From: Eledone cirrhosa
Lineage: Eukaryota
Direction: 5' to 3'
DNA length: 64,000 nucleotides
Assembly (NCBI GenBank): GCA_964016885.1
Contig: OZ024740.1
Coordinates: forward strand, 222,518,001 to 222,582,000
In this document: positions 26,890-39,632 of the stretch, one piece after another
Layout of the letters: each line of letters opens with the position of its first letter
Numbering within the stretch: position 1 is the stretch's first letter
Made by a program: the position numbers and the translations under genes
The notes under the pieces: generated by a model
Database searches by the model: none
The model's input: the letters and a program-made list of their open reading frames with translations, nothing else
What the model was told of the DNA's origin: nothing

Positions 26890-28320
26890 CAATACTCTAT
26901 TTTATTAGCATGCCGAAGACATGATAGAAAGCTTGAGAAGATACTCCAAACCTGGAAGCATGGCCTAGAAACAAAGGGTCTTAAAGTCAATCTGACAAAG
27001 ACTAAGGTCCAATTAAGTAGAAGGTAAAACAGAGCCGTAATCCCATCAGGGAAATGGCCTTGCACAGTGTGTAGGAAAGATGTAGGTAGAAATTCCATCC
27101 TCTGTCCCAAATGCAAACTATGGGTACACAAGAGATGTAGTGCAATCTCAGGAAGTTTAGCTAAGAATATAGGTTTTATATGTAGCCATTACATCTTAGC
27201 AGTAAGTGGCAAATGACCACAGGAAACAAGCACTATAAAATTCTGAGAAGGTTTCATAGAAGCAGTAGACAGTGTCTGCTACCTGGGTAACTAAATTAGC
27301 AGCAGAGGTGGGTGTTCTGAAACCACAGTAGCCAGAGTGAGGATGAGATGTAAGCAGTTCAGGGAGCTACTACTACTGCTAACTACAAAAAGCTTTTCCC
27401 TCAAAATGAAAGGCAGATGTGTGCATACAAACAACATTGCTTCTTGGTAGTGAGATCTGGGCACCGTGTGCAGAAGACTTGCAAAGATTAGAAAGAAATG
27501 AAGCTTGCATGCTTCAATGAATATGTAACAGTAATGTATGTGAATAGCAAAGCATAAAAGAACTGAGAGAGAAACTCGGCATAAGAGGAATCAGATGCAA
27601 TGTGCAGGAGAGGAGATTGTGTTGGTATGGGCATGTGATGTGTATGAAGGATGACAGCAGTATAAAAAGATGCAGAGTGCTGAAAGTTGAGGGAAGCCAT
27701 GGACTGGGTAGATCCAGGAGGACTTCGGATGAAGTGAGAACAATTGACCTTACCCAACTGCACCTCTCAAAGGCGATGACACAGGACCAGGATCTCTGGT
27801 GTTATGCAGTAATACTGAAGACATTCCTTCCCATGAGCACAGGCTGAAGAATGAATATAGTATACACCCCCTTCACATTCATCCCACCACTCTTCCATAC
27901 ACGTCCTATGAGCAGAGAGTGAAACATACATCTAGTTTTCTCCACCCAACACATACCATCACCTCCCATGTCCTAACACACTGCTCTTTATTCACGCCCA
28001 AATACTAACCACCCCAATCCACCACACACCTCTCCCACCAAAATCCCCAGCACACACTGTAAAGTGGTCATGCTGGTGACACGACAAAAAGTACCTGGAC
28101 CACACTGTAAAGTGGTCATGTAGGTGTCATGACAAAAAGCACCGTGTATACACTGTATATGTGGTTGGCATTAGGAAGGTCATTCAACTGTAGAAACCAA
28201 GCCAAAATCATGTCTGTATGAGCAAGGCATTGTCACCTGACCCAGCATTTCTTACATCAGGACAACTCATCTTATCCATGCTAGCATAGAAAAATGGACA
28301 TTAAACAGTGAGGATGATGA
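26890..28320 (+). mobile_element. 5'-truncated RTE-clade LINE (RT C-terminus with Cys-rich insert, 3' UTR, GAT tail), disrupted
   Basis: WKHGLETKGLKVNLTKTKV; WPCTVCRKDVGRNSILCPKCKLWVHKRCS; VDSVCYLG; RRLCWYGHV..GLGRSRRT; stops and frameshifts. Confidence 0.8.
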
Positions 28321-29743
28321 TAATGACTCATCCATCATTTCTGATAAAGCTGACAGCAAAGATATTGACTGTATCACATATATGAGCCTTCTATAAAGCT
28401 ACCCACATATAATTTCTTTCATTTCATCGCAATGAAATGTATGGTGTTTTGACAAGTTTATTTACTATACTTATTTTATCAACTCTATTGTACTTCAGTT
28501 TTTTTGTCTGTAACTTTCTTCATCATATATCTGACTATTTCATTTCTCAGGATGACTTATATCACTGACAAAACTACATTCCAAAATCTAAACACACTTT
28601 TAACAGTAAAAAAATACTGTAGCTAGGAACATTTGCTCAAGGCACCTGTAATGTTGTGCTCATTTATTTCAGACCAGTTTCTATACACCTTCATATAAAG
28701 CTGACGAGTAATTAGTTAATATGCTGCAACTATTTGCTTAATGACATGCTGTATCCCCATTCTTTTGTTATAGATTAGTATAGGGTGTTTCTATTTGAGG
28801 ACTAACATGCTTTATTGACATCAATGCTTCTGGCCACTTTAATTCTCAAATTTTTCATTCCTTATTCTATATTGTGCTGTTTATGGTGTGAGAAAAATGT
28901 TAATGTAATACGTATTGTGCGGAGAAAACTGATAGAATATGTTTTAAAAGACAGGGATATAGCTTGAATCATTCTCATAACCCATTTATCAACTTATAAC
29001 TTTCTCCAGCACACAAAAGAAAACAAAAAACATGATCACTGACAAATGCTTTCTTCTTGTTGATGAATATAAAGTAGAGAAGTTTATCCTTGGTTAGATA
29101 AAAATAGTTTCTGCAAAGTAATTGACCAAGAAAGAGAGAATAAGGAGAGATTAATGCAAAGACTATGCTACAGTATATAATCTCTTAAAAGATTATATAC
29201 TGTTATCTAGGCCAGTCTAGTTTCTGGCTACCAGCTAAAGTATAAAATTTTATCTCTAGAGCAAAGGTGGTCAATCGTTTGCACACTATGTACCCTCATT
29301 CGCAATAACCTTTTTAAAAATATTCTGTTGCATCCCCATAGGAATTTCTTAAAGTATCAGACTTTCATTTATATTTTATTTTATAAATTATTTTATGGAG
29401 AGAACAAAATGTTTAAAAGCATTTTTATATAGGGATCTATTTAGTGTCTTTGATAACGTTGTGTTAATCACAGGCAATACCAGTAAACTTAGAGATCAAA
29501 ATAATACACATATTGCAGCTTTGAAACAATAACTGAGCTCTGAGGTGAAGGCCGATAAGTAAAGGTTGCTGATCTTTTATAAAATCATGAACAAAAGTTT
29601 ATTCTCCTGCATGCCAAAGACATTTTTATGTATGCCATCTTGGGTATACATACCATAAGCACACCACTACATCTATAAAGTAAAAATCTGTAAATAGGAA
29701 TTAAGTGTGTGGTTCAGCAATTCATTATTAATAATTGTTTCAT

Positions 29744-30045
29744 GGGCGGTGGATTGGCAGTATCAGTAGAGGGTCGGACGCCATGCTTTGATGCATAGAG
29801 TTACGGCCCTTGCCATTCTGAGTTCAAATCCCGCCGATGTTAACTTTGCCTTTCATCCTTACGGGGTCGATAAAATAAAGTACCAGTAATGTACTGGATT
29901 ATTGCTGGCCTTGTGCCAATAGTAGAAACAATTATTAATAATTGTTTCTACTCTTGGCACAAGGCCAGCAATTACCCAGTACATTACTGGTACTTTATTT
30001 TATCAACCCCGTAAGGATGAAAGGCAAAGTTAACCTCGGCGGGAT
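29744..30045. mobile_element. Two S1 SINEs tail-to-tail (full + copy, 5'-truncated - copy)
   Basis: 29744-29936 forward; 29939-30045 is the reverse complement of its 3' half. Confidence 0.9.
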
Positions 30046-30899
30046 GTAATTAAATTGTGATGTAGAATTCAGGGATGACCTTAGCTTTTCCAGTCATTCT
30101 CACATGTACATAGATAGGTATCATAAAGCTTAGGTAAATAAGCTACATTATGAGAAGTTCTTCAATGGGGTACACCTATGGTAAAATGGTGTGTGTCTTA
30201 TACATAATCACTGCATTGATCAGTCAAATTTACTGTTCATTTCACTGGGGTTGATAAAATAAATATCTATAATAAAGTGCATCAATTCAATACAAATTCT
30301 TATACAGAACTTTGCCTCATATTTTGTTCAAGTTATCATCAATATTAGAATTGATATGAGATAGGGGATTGGCAAAAATTGTAGTGTAGTAGATGACATA
30401 CAATGGGTGATTTAGATAGGTTCTTTTACATTCTCAGTTCAAATTCCTTTAGAGTCAACTTCATTCTTCAAATTTCTTCATGGTTGACAAAGTAAGTCCA
30501 AGTGAAATACGATAGTCAACAGGATTAATTAGACTCCTTTTAAATATATGCAAGTGTTGACTTGGCTGGTTGGGATGCGTGACATGACAGCCATGTGAGT
30601 GACATGCTATTCAGGTCCTGTATTGGTAACCCCATGGAAAGAGGTGAAGAGCATGTCCCAAGATGACTCGGCAGTAGGCAATTGACAAGGACCTGAAACT
30701 TGTCAATTAAAATTAGAATGATGTATTGATAGCTGCAACTATCCATGGTCCTTGGAATATTTTGGCTTCTACATGCATCTCAAGATATGAGAACTTCTAA
30801 GTCAAAGTAAGTCTTAAATATTGGGCCTTGATATTGGGGCACCACCATCGATTACCTATGCTAGCAAACATTATTAGAAATGTAATGTTTGCTTTCTTT

Positions 30900-31430
30900 A
30901 AACATATGGCATTTGTCTTTCTTTAGTATGACTGTCATGTCTATCCAAATGCCATGTCTAGCTAAATCTGCTATGGCTAGCTGACTTTTCTGATGAAAAT
31001 GGTTCAACACTGTGCTGATTTCAAGATAATTACTTCTTCAGTACCTAGAAACTTTGCTGCAGAAATCTTACAAGTTTTTTCTCTTTTATTTGCAGTTTCC
31101 TCGATCCAATGAACAGTACTCTTTCCATTTGTCTCGATCTAGCATTATCACTCCAAGATCCATTAAATTTCCTCCTGTGTCAGCACATAGCATATCAAGA
31201 TATATTGTTGCAGGGTGACTTCAACTTCTATGGCCAAGTGTAGGCTTCCATAAAAAATCACGGCCACCGCACTTGTTTTTTGCCCTGCAAGAATATCCCG
31301 CATCCTTCTTAGATGAACAATATGTGAGCTAAGTTCAGTTTATTTCTCTAATATAACTTGAGAAATGTTGGGATTAACTAATTGAACTTTCTTCAAGATA
31401 AACTGCAAGACGACAAAGTCTTTACTGGTG
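30900..31430 (-). mobile_element. Degraded RTE-like LINE 3' fragment
   Basis: Minus strand LWKPTLGHRS*SHPATIYLDMLCADTG resembles the RTE C-terminal motif. Confidence 0.45.
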
Positions 31431-32062
31431 CCTCTATGACTTAATTGGTTTATAAGACTTGTGGCTGTAACATTTGTAAGAGTAACAGTATAATATGAGA
31501 GGGGAGATCTTGGTCAGCTGAATCTTCAACCTACATTTATGTCTGGGTTGTAACCATTTTACTTCCGTCATATTCTCAACACACTTTGGGAATATAATGT
31601 ATGAGCAGACAATCTCATATAAATCGGTGATGTTTTGACTAAAACATAAATCAATAGTGCAATGAATATTTTCCAGCTTTTCACAATCAACATCGTCATT
31701 ACTGTTATCATTTTAATCAACATTATCCTTATCTTTATTATCACCATACGAAACATCATTATACTCATTGTTATCGTCATTAATTTGATCTTTATCACCA
31801 CCACCATCATCATCATAATCATCATTATGGCCATGTAAGCAACAGCTATTTTTATAAGAATCTGAAGAAACAGCTTTGGTGTTCTCCCCTCTCTCTCAAT
31901 ATATACATATATACATACATATATATATATATATGTGTGTGTGTATGGGTGTGTGTGAGTGTGTGAGTGTGTGTATAGATGCTTTTGCTCATTCATCTCT
32001 TGTAATTCATTTCTTTTTTCGTTTGCAACTTTTATATATATATATATACATACATATATATA

Positions 32063-32142
<80 letters not shown>

Positions 32143-32552
32143 TCTTTCTTTCTATCATCAAACATTCTTACTAAATGTATGACCTTCAAGTTCAGATTTT
32201 CTCTTCACCAGCATTTAACCTTTGTTTGAAGTGAAGCCAATTTAAACTAGCTTCATAGAAAATTAGCAGATTTCATTTTAGATACGACGACATCTGGCCT
32301 TTTTAGCTTGAACTGTCTTTTTATTAGTTATACTAGCCTGTCCAGTTTTGAACTCAAAGTGCATTAAATCAAAACTAATCTCTCAAGGAGAACCATTCAT
32401 GGGAATTTTTGATACTTTGTTTGAGATCTCATTATCTTAATCAGGACAAGCAATTTTAATGAACTTCTTTTATGTAGAATTAAAAGCAAAATAAAAATAA
32501 AATAAAAAATGTAAATGAATTTAAAAATAAAAATGTCCACATGCTAATGAGA

Positions 32553-32577
<25 letters not shown>

Positions 32578-32591
<14 letters not shown>

Positions 32592-34076
32592 GTGGCTGTG
32601 GTGGTACTGATGATAGGGAAGATGAGTGGGAGGAAAAGAAAGAGTAAAGTATGTAAAGAAAGACGAAAGGGAGGAAGGTAAGAGTGGCCATGACTATGAG
32701 GACAATCATGATGATGATGAAGAGGATGAAAGAGATGATGACGATAATGATGATAAAGGGGATGATGACAGCAATGATGATGATAATGATGATATAAAGG
32801 TGAGGTTGATGATGTCGATGATGATGCTGAAGATTTTCACTACAGAAATAAAATTTAAATTGTTGCTGACAATAATGATGGTGATAATGATGACAAAGGT
32901 GATGAGGACAATGGTAATGATGACAATGGTGATGATGACGATGGTGTTGATGACAACGATGATGATGCCAAGAGTGACGATGATAATGAAGATGATGAAA
33001 GTGATAATTGTTTCTACTATTGGCACAAGGCCAGCAATTACCCAGTACATTACTGGTACTTTATTTTATCGACCCCGTAAGGATGAAAGGCAAAGTTAAC
33101 CTCGGCGGGATTTGAACTCAGAATAGCAAGGGCCGTAACTCTATGCATCAAAGCATGGTGTCCAACCCTCTACCGATACTGCCAATTCACCGATGAAAGT
33201 GATAATGATGGCAACGATGATGATGGGAATGATGATGAGAATGATGATGATGACAATGATGATGATGACAATGGTGATGATGACAATGGTGATGATGACA
33301 ATGGTGATGATAATGAAAAGGATTAAGGTGATAATTATAACAATGATGATATAATGGTGATGACAAAGATAATGATGATGATGATGATGATGATGATGGT
33401 GGTGATGATAACAGTGGTGCAGATGATGAGTGTGATTATGATGACATTGAGTATCATTGTTGTTGCTATTATCATCATTGTCACCATCATGATTATCATT
33501 ACAATTGTTGTTAAGTTACACTTATGATTAAGGTGAGAGCTCTTTCAAATAATAGAGACATAAATATTTTATTCATCATCATTACCAGTATTATGTCTGT
33601 ATTTCCATTCTGGCATGGGCCAGGTGACATTTTTGAAGAACTCTATGAATAGCTACCCTTTGATAACAACTTTCAATTGCTCTCTAAGTAAGATATGAAA
33701 TTTTGTCCATTTCTCTGCCTGGCCTGAGCCATGAGACTAGTTTATGTGGAATACAAATAAACATCACTGCCTATAAAGATTTGAATTATTTAAGATCACC
33801 AAACACCCGTTAAGTCATTCTTCGCTTTTTTCTTACTATATATCTTACTATACTAAGGAAGTTCTTTGATTTTCCACTATATATATATATATATATATAG
33901 GAACGAGTAGGAGCCCGACGGCTGAGCTCAAGCCGTTTCGACGGTGAATTAACCGTCGAAACGGCTTGAGCTCAGCCGTCGGGGTCCTACTCGTTCCTAT
34001 TACCCACTCTACTACCCTAAGTATTGAGTACTTTGGTGCGTTATGGTCCACCTGGTTCCTTACCACATTTCCTTCG

Positions 34077-34149
<73 letters not shown>

Positions 34150-34300
34150 GTCGTTTGGAAGCCTCGACAATGCAGATGCGTAAATCTCCGGGTAACAAGA
34201 TCCGGTGGTGGGTGTATGTTGAGATGCGTGGCGTGTATAATACTGTAACGTGTAGAGAATGAAGGAAAGAGCGTAAAGGATAAAAATAAAAATAACAACA
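32578..34300 (+). repeat. Left arm of ~1.7 kb inverted duplication ((GAT)-rich DNA, S1 SINE, unique DNA, family Y pLTR)
   Basis: Reverse complement of 39425-41106; ORFs 32626..33099(+) and 40587..41060(-) are almost identical. Confidence 0.95.
33898..34079 (+). mobile_element. PLE pLTR family Y: ~100-nt near-perfect hairpin holding the 3' half of a hammerhead, plus tail
   Basis: Arms 33898-33945 and 33952-33999; GAAA-CGGC..GCCG-TC gives stem III and GUC; tail runs to (TA)n. Duplicate at ~39630-39811. Confidence 0.85.
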
Positions 34301-34591
34301 CGAGAAAGAGTTACCTTGGGAGAGATTTAACTGTCCCTATATATTCTCATCACATAAAATAGGGAGACATGATATGAAGCTTAAAAAACATTGCAAGCAG
34401 TGAAGTGTTAAATCAATATATGAAAAATAAGATAAGATGGATATATGAGATTGGGAAAAAAGAAGGAAGGGGGAAGAAAAAGGTAAGGAAGAGGAAGAAA
34501 GAAAATAATAAGAAAAAAATATATAATAATAAGGAAAGGATGACGGAGAAGGAGTATAGGAAGGAAGGATGAGAGAGGAGGAGAAATGAGT

Positions 34592-34636
<45 letters not shown>

Positions 34637-34716
34637 TTTAATACTGAGAAAAACTGTCTCACAGAGAACTTTAAAAGAACGTTGTAAGATAATACATAAT
34701 TAAAAAAAAAAAACTT

Positions 34717-34783
34717 TTTTGTCTGATGAGAACGCAAATATCATCCCATGATGATATTTGTTTTAGAAATGCGCATAATAAAA
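34717..34783 (+). ncRNA. Type I hammerhead ribozyme, palindromic stem III
   Basis: TTTTGT/ATAAAA stem I; CTGATGA at 34723; stem II AACGCAAATATCAT/ATGATATTTGTTTT; GAAA at 34766; ATGCGCAT palindrome; AUA triplet. Confidence 0.85.
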
Positions 34784-34964
34784 TACATGGTACTCTGTTA
34801 ACCATCTTTTGATCTTATATTATATTTATACTCCAGTCCTATAAACTGTTGAGTGCTATTTATTCGATATATGCATTGCTTTATTGAGCTACAATAAAAC
34901 TCACCTCCTACATTATATATATATGGCGTGGTAGAGTCGGAAATGCTCTACTACAGAGATAGGA

Positions 34965-35639
34965 GCTAAATAACAAAGGAATTGCGGTAAGGAACCAGAT
35001 GGACTATAACGCACCAGAGAACTCAATACTTAGGGTAGTAGAGTGGGAAATAGGAAAATGTATGACCCCCACGACAGAGCTCAAGCCGTTTCGACGGCTA
35101 TTTCTGGACTAACTACATATAGCAGATGTGTTAAACCCCTTTAATTTTGTATCAGTTTTGTAATTTCTACAAGTTTTTTCTATTCTCAACTTATTAACCT
35201 GTAATTGTAAGATAGCATTGTGATTTTTTTATTCATTTCTCACTATCTAATTTTATATATTTTTTTATTTCTTTCTAGTATCTTTTATTGTCTCCTACTC
35301 TCATTCGATTTACCTATTCTATAACCTCCCTCCTCCACTTCATACACTATCCTTAAAATCTGCTGTATACATATCACTTTCAACGCTTGACCGCTCCACT
35401 CACTCCCCTATTATTCTACAGGCAAGTTCAGCCACCCCTACCACCCACCAAATGCCATGATGGACTTATTTGTGTTTACAACACATATTAACCAATCCTC
35501 TTGACAACTACAATCTTCCCATATAAGGAAGTACCCCCTTGACAAATTCGGCTATTTATTCACCAGGCTAAAAATTCTAATTTAGTCCAGAAATAGCCGT
35601 CGAAACGGCTTGAGCTCTGCCGTCGGAGTCATACTTTTT

Positions 35640-35643
<4 letters not shown>
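34965..35643 (+). mobile_element. Diverged family Y pLTR pair (inverted arm with tail, forward arm with ribozyme)
   Basis: 35051-35112 is the reverse complement of 35582-35643; 34970-35050 is the reverse complement of the family Y tail. Confidence 0.8.
35531..35634 (+). ncRNA. Hammerhead with U3-A8 core variant
   Basis: TTGACAA at 35539-35545; stem II CGGCTATTT/AAATAGCCG; GAAA at 35602; CGGC/GCCG stem III; GUC 35622-35624; imperfect stem I. Confidence 0.65.
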
Positions 35644-35681
<38 letters not shown>

Positions 35682-35807
35682 AAGTTTTATTTAAATTGTT
35701 GGGTTACAACGAGTAAATATTTATAACTGATATAAAAGCACTCAACAAGTATTTGGAGTATATTTACGATATTAAATAAATGGAAATTATATTTATAAAA
35801 CCATATT

Positions 35808-35873
35808 TATTTCATTATATATATTTCAGGGATATCATATTGAAAATATGTTATGCCTTCTTCAGACAAAATA
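35808..35873 (-). ncRNA. Type I hammerhead ribozyme (pLTR family X)
   Basis: Minus strand TATTTTGT-CTGAAGA-AGG..CCT-GAAA-TATATA-TA-ATGAAATA. Family copy at 57066-57131. Confidence 0.8.
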
Positions 35874-37211
35874 CAATATAAACAGTCTTATAAATAGATA
35901 GATTCGACATACCTTTCAACTTCGACTTGCATTTGAAAAGTTGATTTGGTAGTGAAAAATATTATGGACAGTTATAAAAAGAAAGAAAGAAAAACGAAGA
36001 AAAAGAAGAAATGCATGCAACTAAATAGAGAGAGATAGATATAGAGAGATAGATATAGAGAAGAAATTCATGTAAAGAAACAGAGAGAGATATATAGAGA
36101 GAGGAAAAAACACAGAGGGAGATAGATAGAGAGAGAGAGAGAGAGAAAAGAGAGAGAGAGAAAATATAGAGAGATAGATATAGATAGAGATAGAGAGAAA
36201 GAAAATAGGTAGTTGGGCACCAGTTGAATGACGTATCAATGATATATTTATTTATTTATTTATTTATTTAGCTCTAGTATTAATGTAGAGAGAGATATAT
36301 GTGGTTAGGAGAGAAAACAGCCGTTACATAGAGAGAAAAGAAAAATATCCAGACATAAACGAGGCAGATTTAAAACACTATGTTTCATCAATGTAAAAAT
36401 ATCAATTCGTATAAATCAGGCATTATAATGTAAATATCAGTATTCATGAATGAGACACGTATCAATAATGTGTGAAAAATAATGATCATATGTCTAGTTT
36501 AAAATTCCTAAGTTTATATCAGAGTTGAGATAAAATAGAAGGTTATCCCAGATTCGATACTATAGACATCCATGTGAATTTACGTGATCAGCTCTGCAAA
36601 TTCCTATTTCACACGAAAACATTCTCATTGTGCTATAAAAATTCTAGTATACATATATGTGTACACACACACAAATATATATAGAGTCTACATTAATTTT
36701 AACAATACTATTCTTGTCGTTACTCTACATGATTATCGTTCAAGCATAAATAGAGAACAGATATCAATATATCAATAAAAATATCAGAAACCAAAAAAAT
36801 ATACAAAAAAACAAAAAAACATATTAAAAATAAAAATATTAAAAATATTAAAAATAAAAATAAAACATAGTATGCCCCGCAAATCAACCACAGAGATCAA
36901 CCCTTCAAAGTTAATTGACAATATATTGCCAAGTTCGTTATAAGCGTCAGAATCAAAAGCAAACAAAACCAAAAATTATTTACCAAATCCTGTCTAGCAG
37001 AAAACATTCCAAAAAGTTTAGGATACCCATTTGATCTACAGATGTTCTTATATTTAATATAGAAGTTTATCTAGTGTAAAATTTATTCGATATATTTGGT
37101 GCATCAGCTTTTAGGGTAGTTTAATTATTCATGAAGAATGTTTAAAATAAAAAAGAAATCGAAAGATTTATCGGCGAGTTTCATAAATAATTATAAATCA
37201 AACTAAATATA

Positions 37212-39390
37212 CTAGATTTTAAATTTATATTTATATTTAAAAGTTGAGTTCAATCTATGTCTGCAGCAACTGAATAAATTTGTCCGTAAATTAAGGGAAT
37301 TTTTAGATTTTAGTATAAAGAATATCTCCTCCGCGCAGAGGTCACATGTCTCAGAGGATGAATTAAAAGGAATCCCTCTTGAGACTATATTCCAAGCCGT
37401 CGAATATGCAACGTTATCATGCCTAAGTTGCCAGAGTAAGCCTGATAGCGATGTTGAAGATTTTTTGCTTGGATCTGTGAAAGAATTCTTGTGGTTATTA
37501 TAGCGAAGTTTAAATTCTGTCGAGGTGGAACCAACATAGTTAAAAGAATTTAAGTCCGTTTTAACATTACAGTTGTATATTATATTTTTAACTAAGCAAT
37601 TGTTATTTAACGGACATTTAGATCTATCTCTACAGTTACATTTGTTAACTTGGATATTATTTATGCTATTATCGGTATTTTGGCTAGGTTTTAAATTCCT
37701 ATTATTTATTCTATTAATATTTTGTGCTAAATTTTTGGTGGATGAGTAGGTTAATTTTATAGTATGTCTATTGAAAATTGAGTGATACCTATGTGTTCTA
37801 GGGAAGCGATTATCAAGAGCATTAAAAAATAGTTTAGCGATGTGGGTTTTAATGTTTAGTGAGAAAGGGGGGCAAACCATATTATATTCCTAGTTCTATT
37901 TATTTTTTGGCTTTTGGAATTATTGTAATGCTTTCTATTATAGTTGTTAAAGTTGTTGCCGTAATTAAAATAGTTGTTATTTTGGTTAGTTTGTCTATTA
38001 TTATCTATGTACATAATTTTATCACTATATCCTGCTCTAGCTAACGCTTCATTGTAATACTGGGCTTTTTCGTCGAAAATCTTTTTATTAAATGAGATTC
38101 TAGAAATACGTTTTTGAACAGAGTTTACTATAGTATTTTTAACAGATCTGGGGTGGTTAGAGTTAAAGCTGACATAGTTTAAGTTTTCATTCAACTTGTG
38201 AAATGGATAGTGAAGACATGTGTTGAGATTTAATGTTACATCTAGGAAATTGACTATTCTATGGTTATTCTCAATTTCTATTTTTAGATTAAAGTAATTA
38301 AAAAATTGTGTAATTTGTTTTCTTTTTCTATTTAGTTCAGAGTTATTATTTTCAACAAGTAAAAGCATGTCATCTCTATATAAACCTCCGGTAGCACCGG
38401 GTATTTTCCTATGCAGCGAATTGATTAAAAATAGGCCCACAAGGTCAGTTACCTGAGCTGAGTCGGATGATCTCATAGTAATGTCGAAATTGTTATCACT
38501 ATCTGCTCTGGTCCATAGTTGGTCATTAAATTCTATCAATGTTTTCCTAGCCGATAAAATAATGTGCATTTCATTGCTAGTTAGGTCTGTATGTTTGAAT
38601 GCGTAATTTAGTGCCTTATTTAGTAGATTAGGGGTAATAGATGAATAATAGTTAGCAATATCTAGTTGAATAAACTTATTATTATTGTTATATTTAATTT
38701 CTTTAAACCACTCAACAACCTCTCCAGTTCCCTTCCACAAGCTCAAGTTAGGTAAACAATTCAAGTTTTTAATTTGCTGTATCACCCTGTCTAGAATGTT
38801 TTTGCTTAGTTTACCCAGGTCCGATTTTGATGGTGCAATCAATCTTACTGGCAGGTCATTTTCAAAATTTCTTTTGTGATCTTTCATATTGATCTTCGGT
38901 TTCCTGGGCACGAAAGGTTGTGTTCTGTTCTCAATTTCCAACTCATGCATTATACAAGATGCCTCAACATTCATTTTCTCAAGCTCGGCCTTATCTGCTA
39001 CCTTGTACTTTTTCCTCAGTTCTTTCAGTATGAGGCCATTATACAAGTCTTTTTGCACTCCATAGAGGTTGTTGGTCTTGTCAGATTTCACCAAGATCTT
39101 CTCAGTTTTCTCTAAGCTCTCAATATTATCCTTAATGCCTTTCAAATATTCCTGGCCTTTGAAGTTTCTCTTGAATTTGACTCCTTGTATGATAGAAATT
39201 ATATCGTTTTCAAAGTCAAATAAAAGTTTGTTGGGGGTGGATTTCTTTTAGATTTGAAAACTTTGTCTAAGTCCGAGACATTTTCATTTATATTAGATTT
39301 ATCAAAGTGGAATGCCCGCCACCTGATTCTCCTTATAAAAGAGTCAGATTTATCTATTAAATGTTTAATAACGTCTTTGTTTCTAGGTAT
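37212..39390 (-). mobile_element. Naiad-clade Penelope-like retroelement ORF (RT + GIY-YIG), 5'-truncated, two frameshifts
   Basis: FIRRIRWRA, KSDKTNNLY, FIQLDIANYYSSI, FDITMRSSDSAQVTDLVG, GLYRDDML, VNFLDVTLNL, SNHP, WFAP/PFS, CNCRDRSKCPLNNNC, IIY..YVGST..FKLRYNNHKNSF, CDLC, LNLR..CRH. Confidence 0.93.
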
Positions 39391-39424
39391 AACGATATAA
39401 TTTCTATCATACAAGGAGTCAAAT

Positions 39425-39575
39425 TGTTGTTATTTTTATTTTTATCCTTTACGCTCTTTCCTTCATTCTCTACACGTTACAGTATTATACACGCCACGCA
39501 TCTCAACGTACACCCACCACCGGATCTTGTTACTCGGAGATTTACGCATCTGCATTGTCGAGGCTTCCAAACGAC

Positions 39576-39632
<57 letters not shown>

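Noticed and set aside
29262-29670. Second hAT-like MITE
   Set aside because: Termini are only loosely complementary and no matching 8-bp TSD was found.
32626-33099. 157-aa Asp/Met-rich ORF and its inverted twin at 40587..41060
   Set aside because: Translation of (GAT)n-derived simple sequence plus SINE; the identity reflects the DNA duplication.
33898-33999. miRNA precursor or DNA-transposon TIR interpretation of the 100-nt hairpin
   Set aside because: The arms are a hammerhead 3' half and its inverted copy; other family Y loci have different arm lengths, fitting PLE inversion.
36520-37110. Hammerhead-like motifs in the Naiad 3' UTR (minus strand CTGATCA..GAAT with CAGAG/CTCTG stem; CTGACGC..GAAC; CTGATGC)
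   Set aside because: Each has two or more core deviations and no proper NUH. They could be decayed, but cannot be distinguished from chance by eye.
37212-37880. Selenocysteine recoding in the Naiad endonuclease, as reported for some Naiads
   Set aside because: All conserved Cys positions (CNC, CPL..C, CDLC, CRH) are ordinary Cys codons in an open frame; no in-frame UGA.
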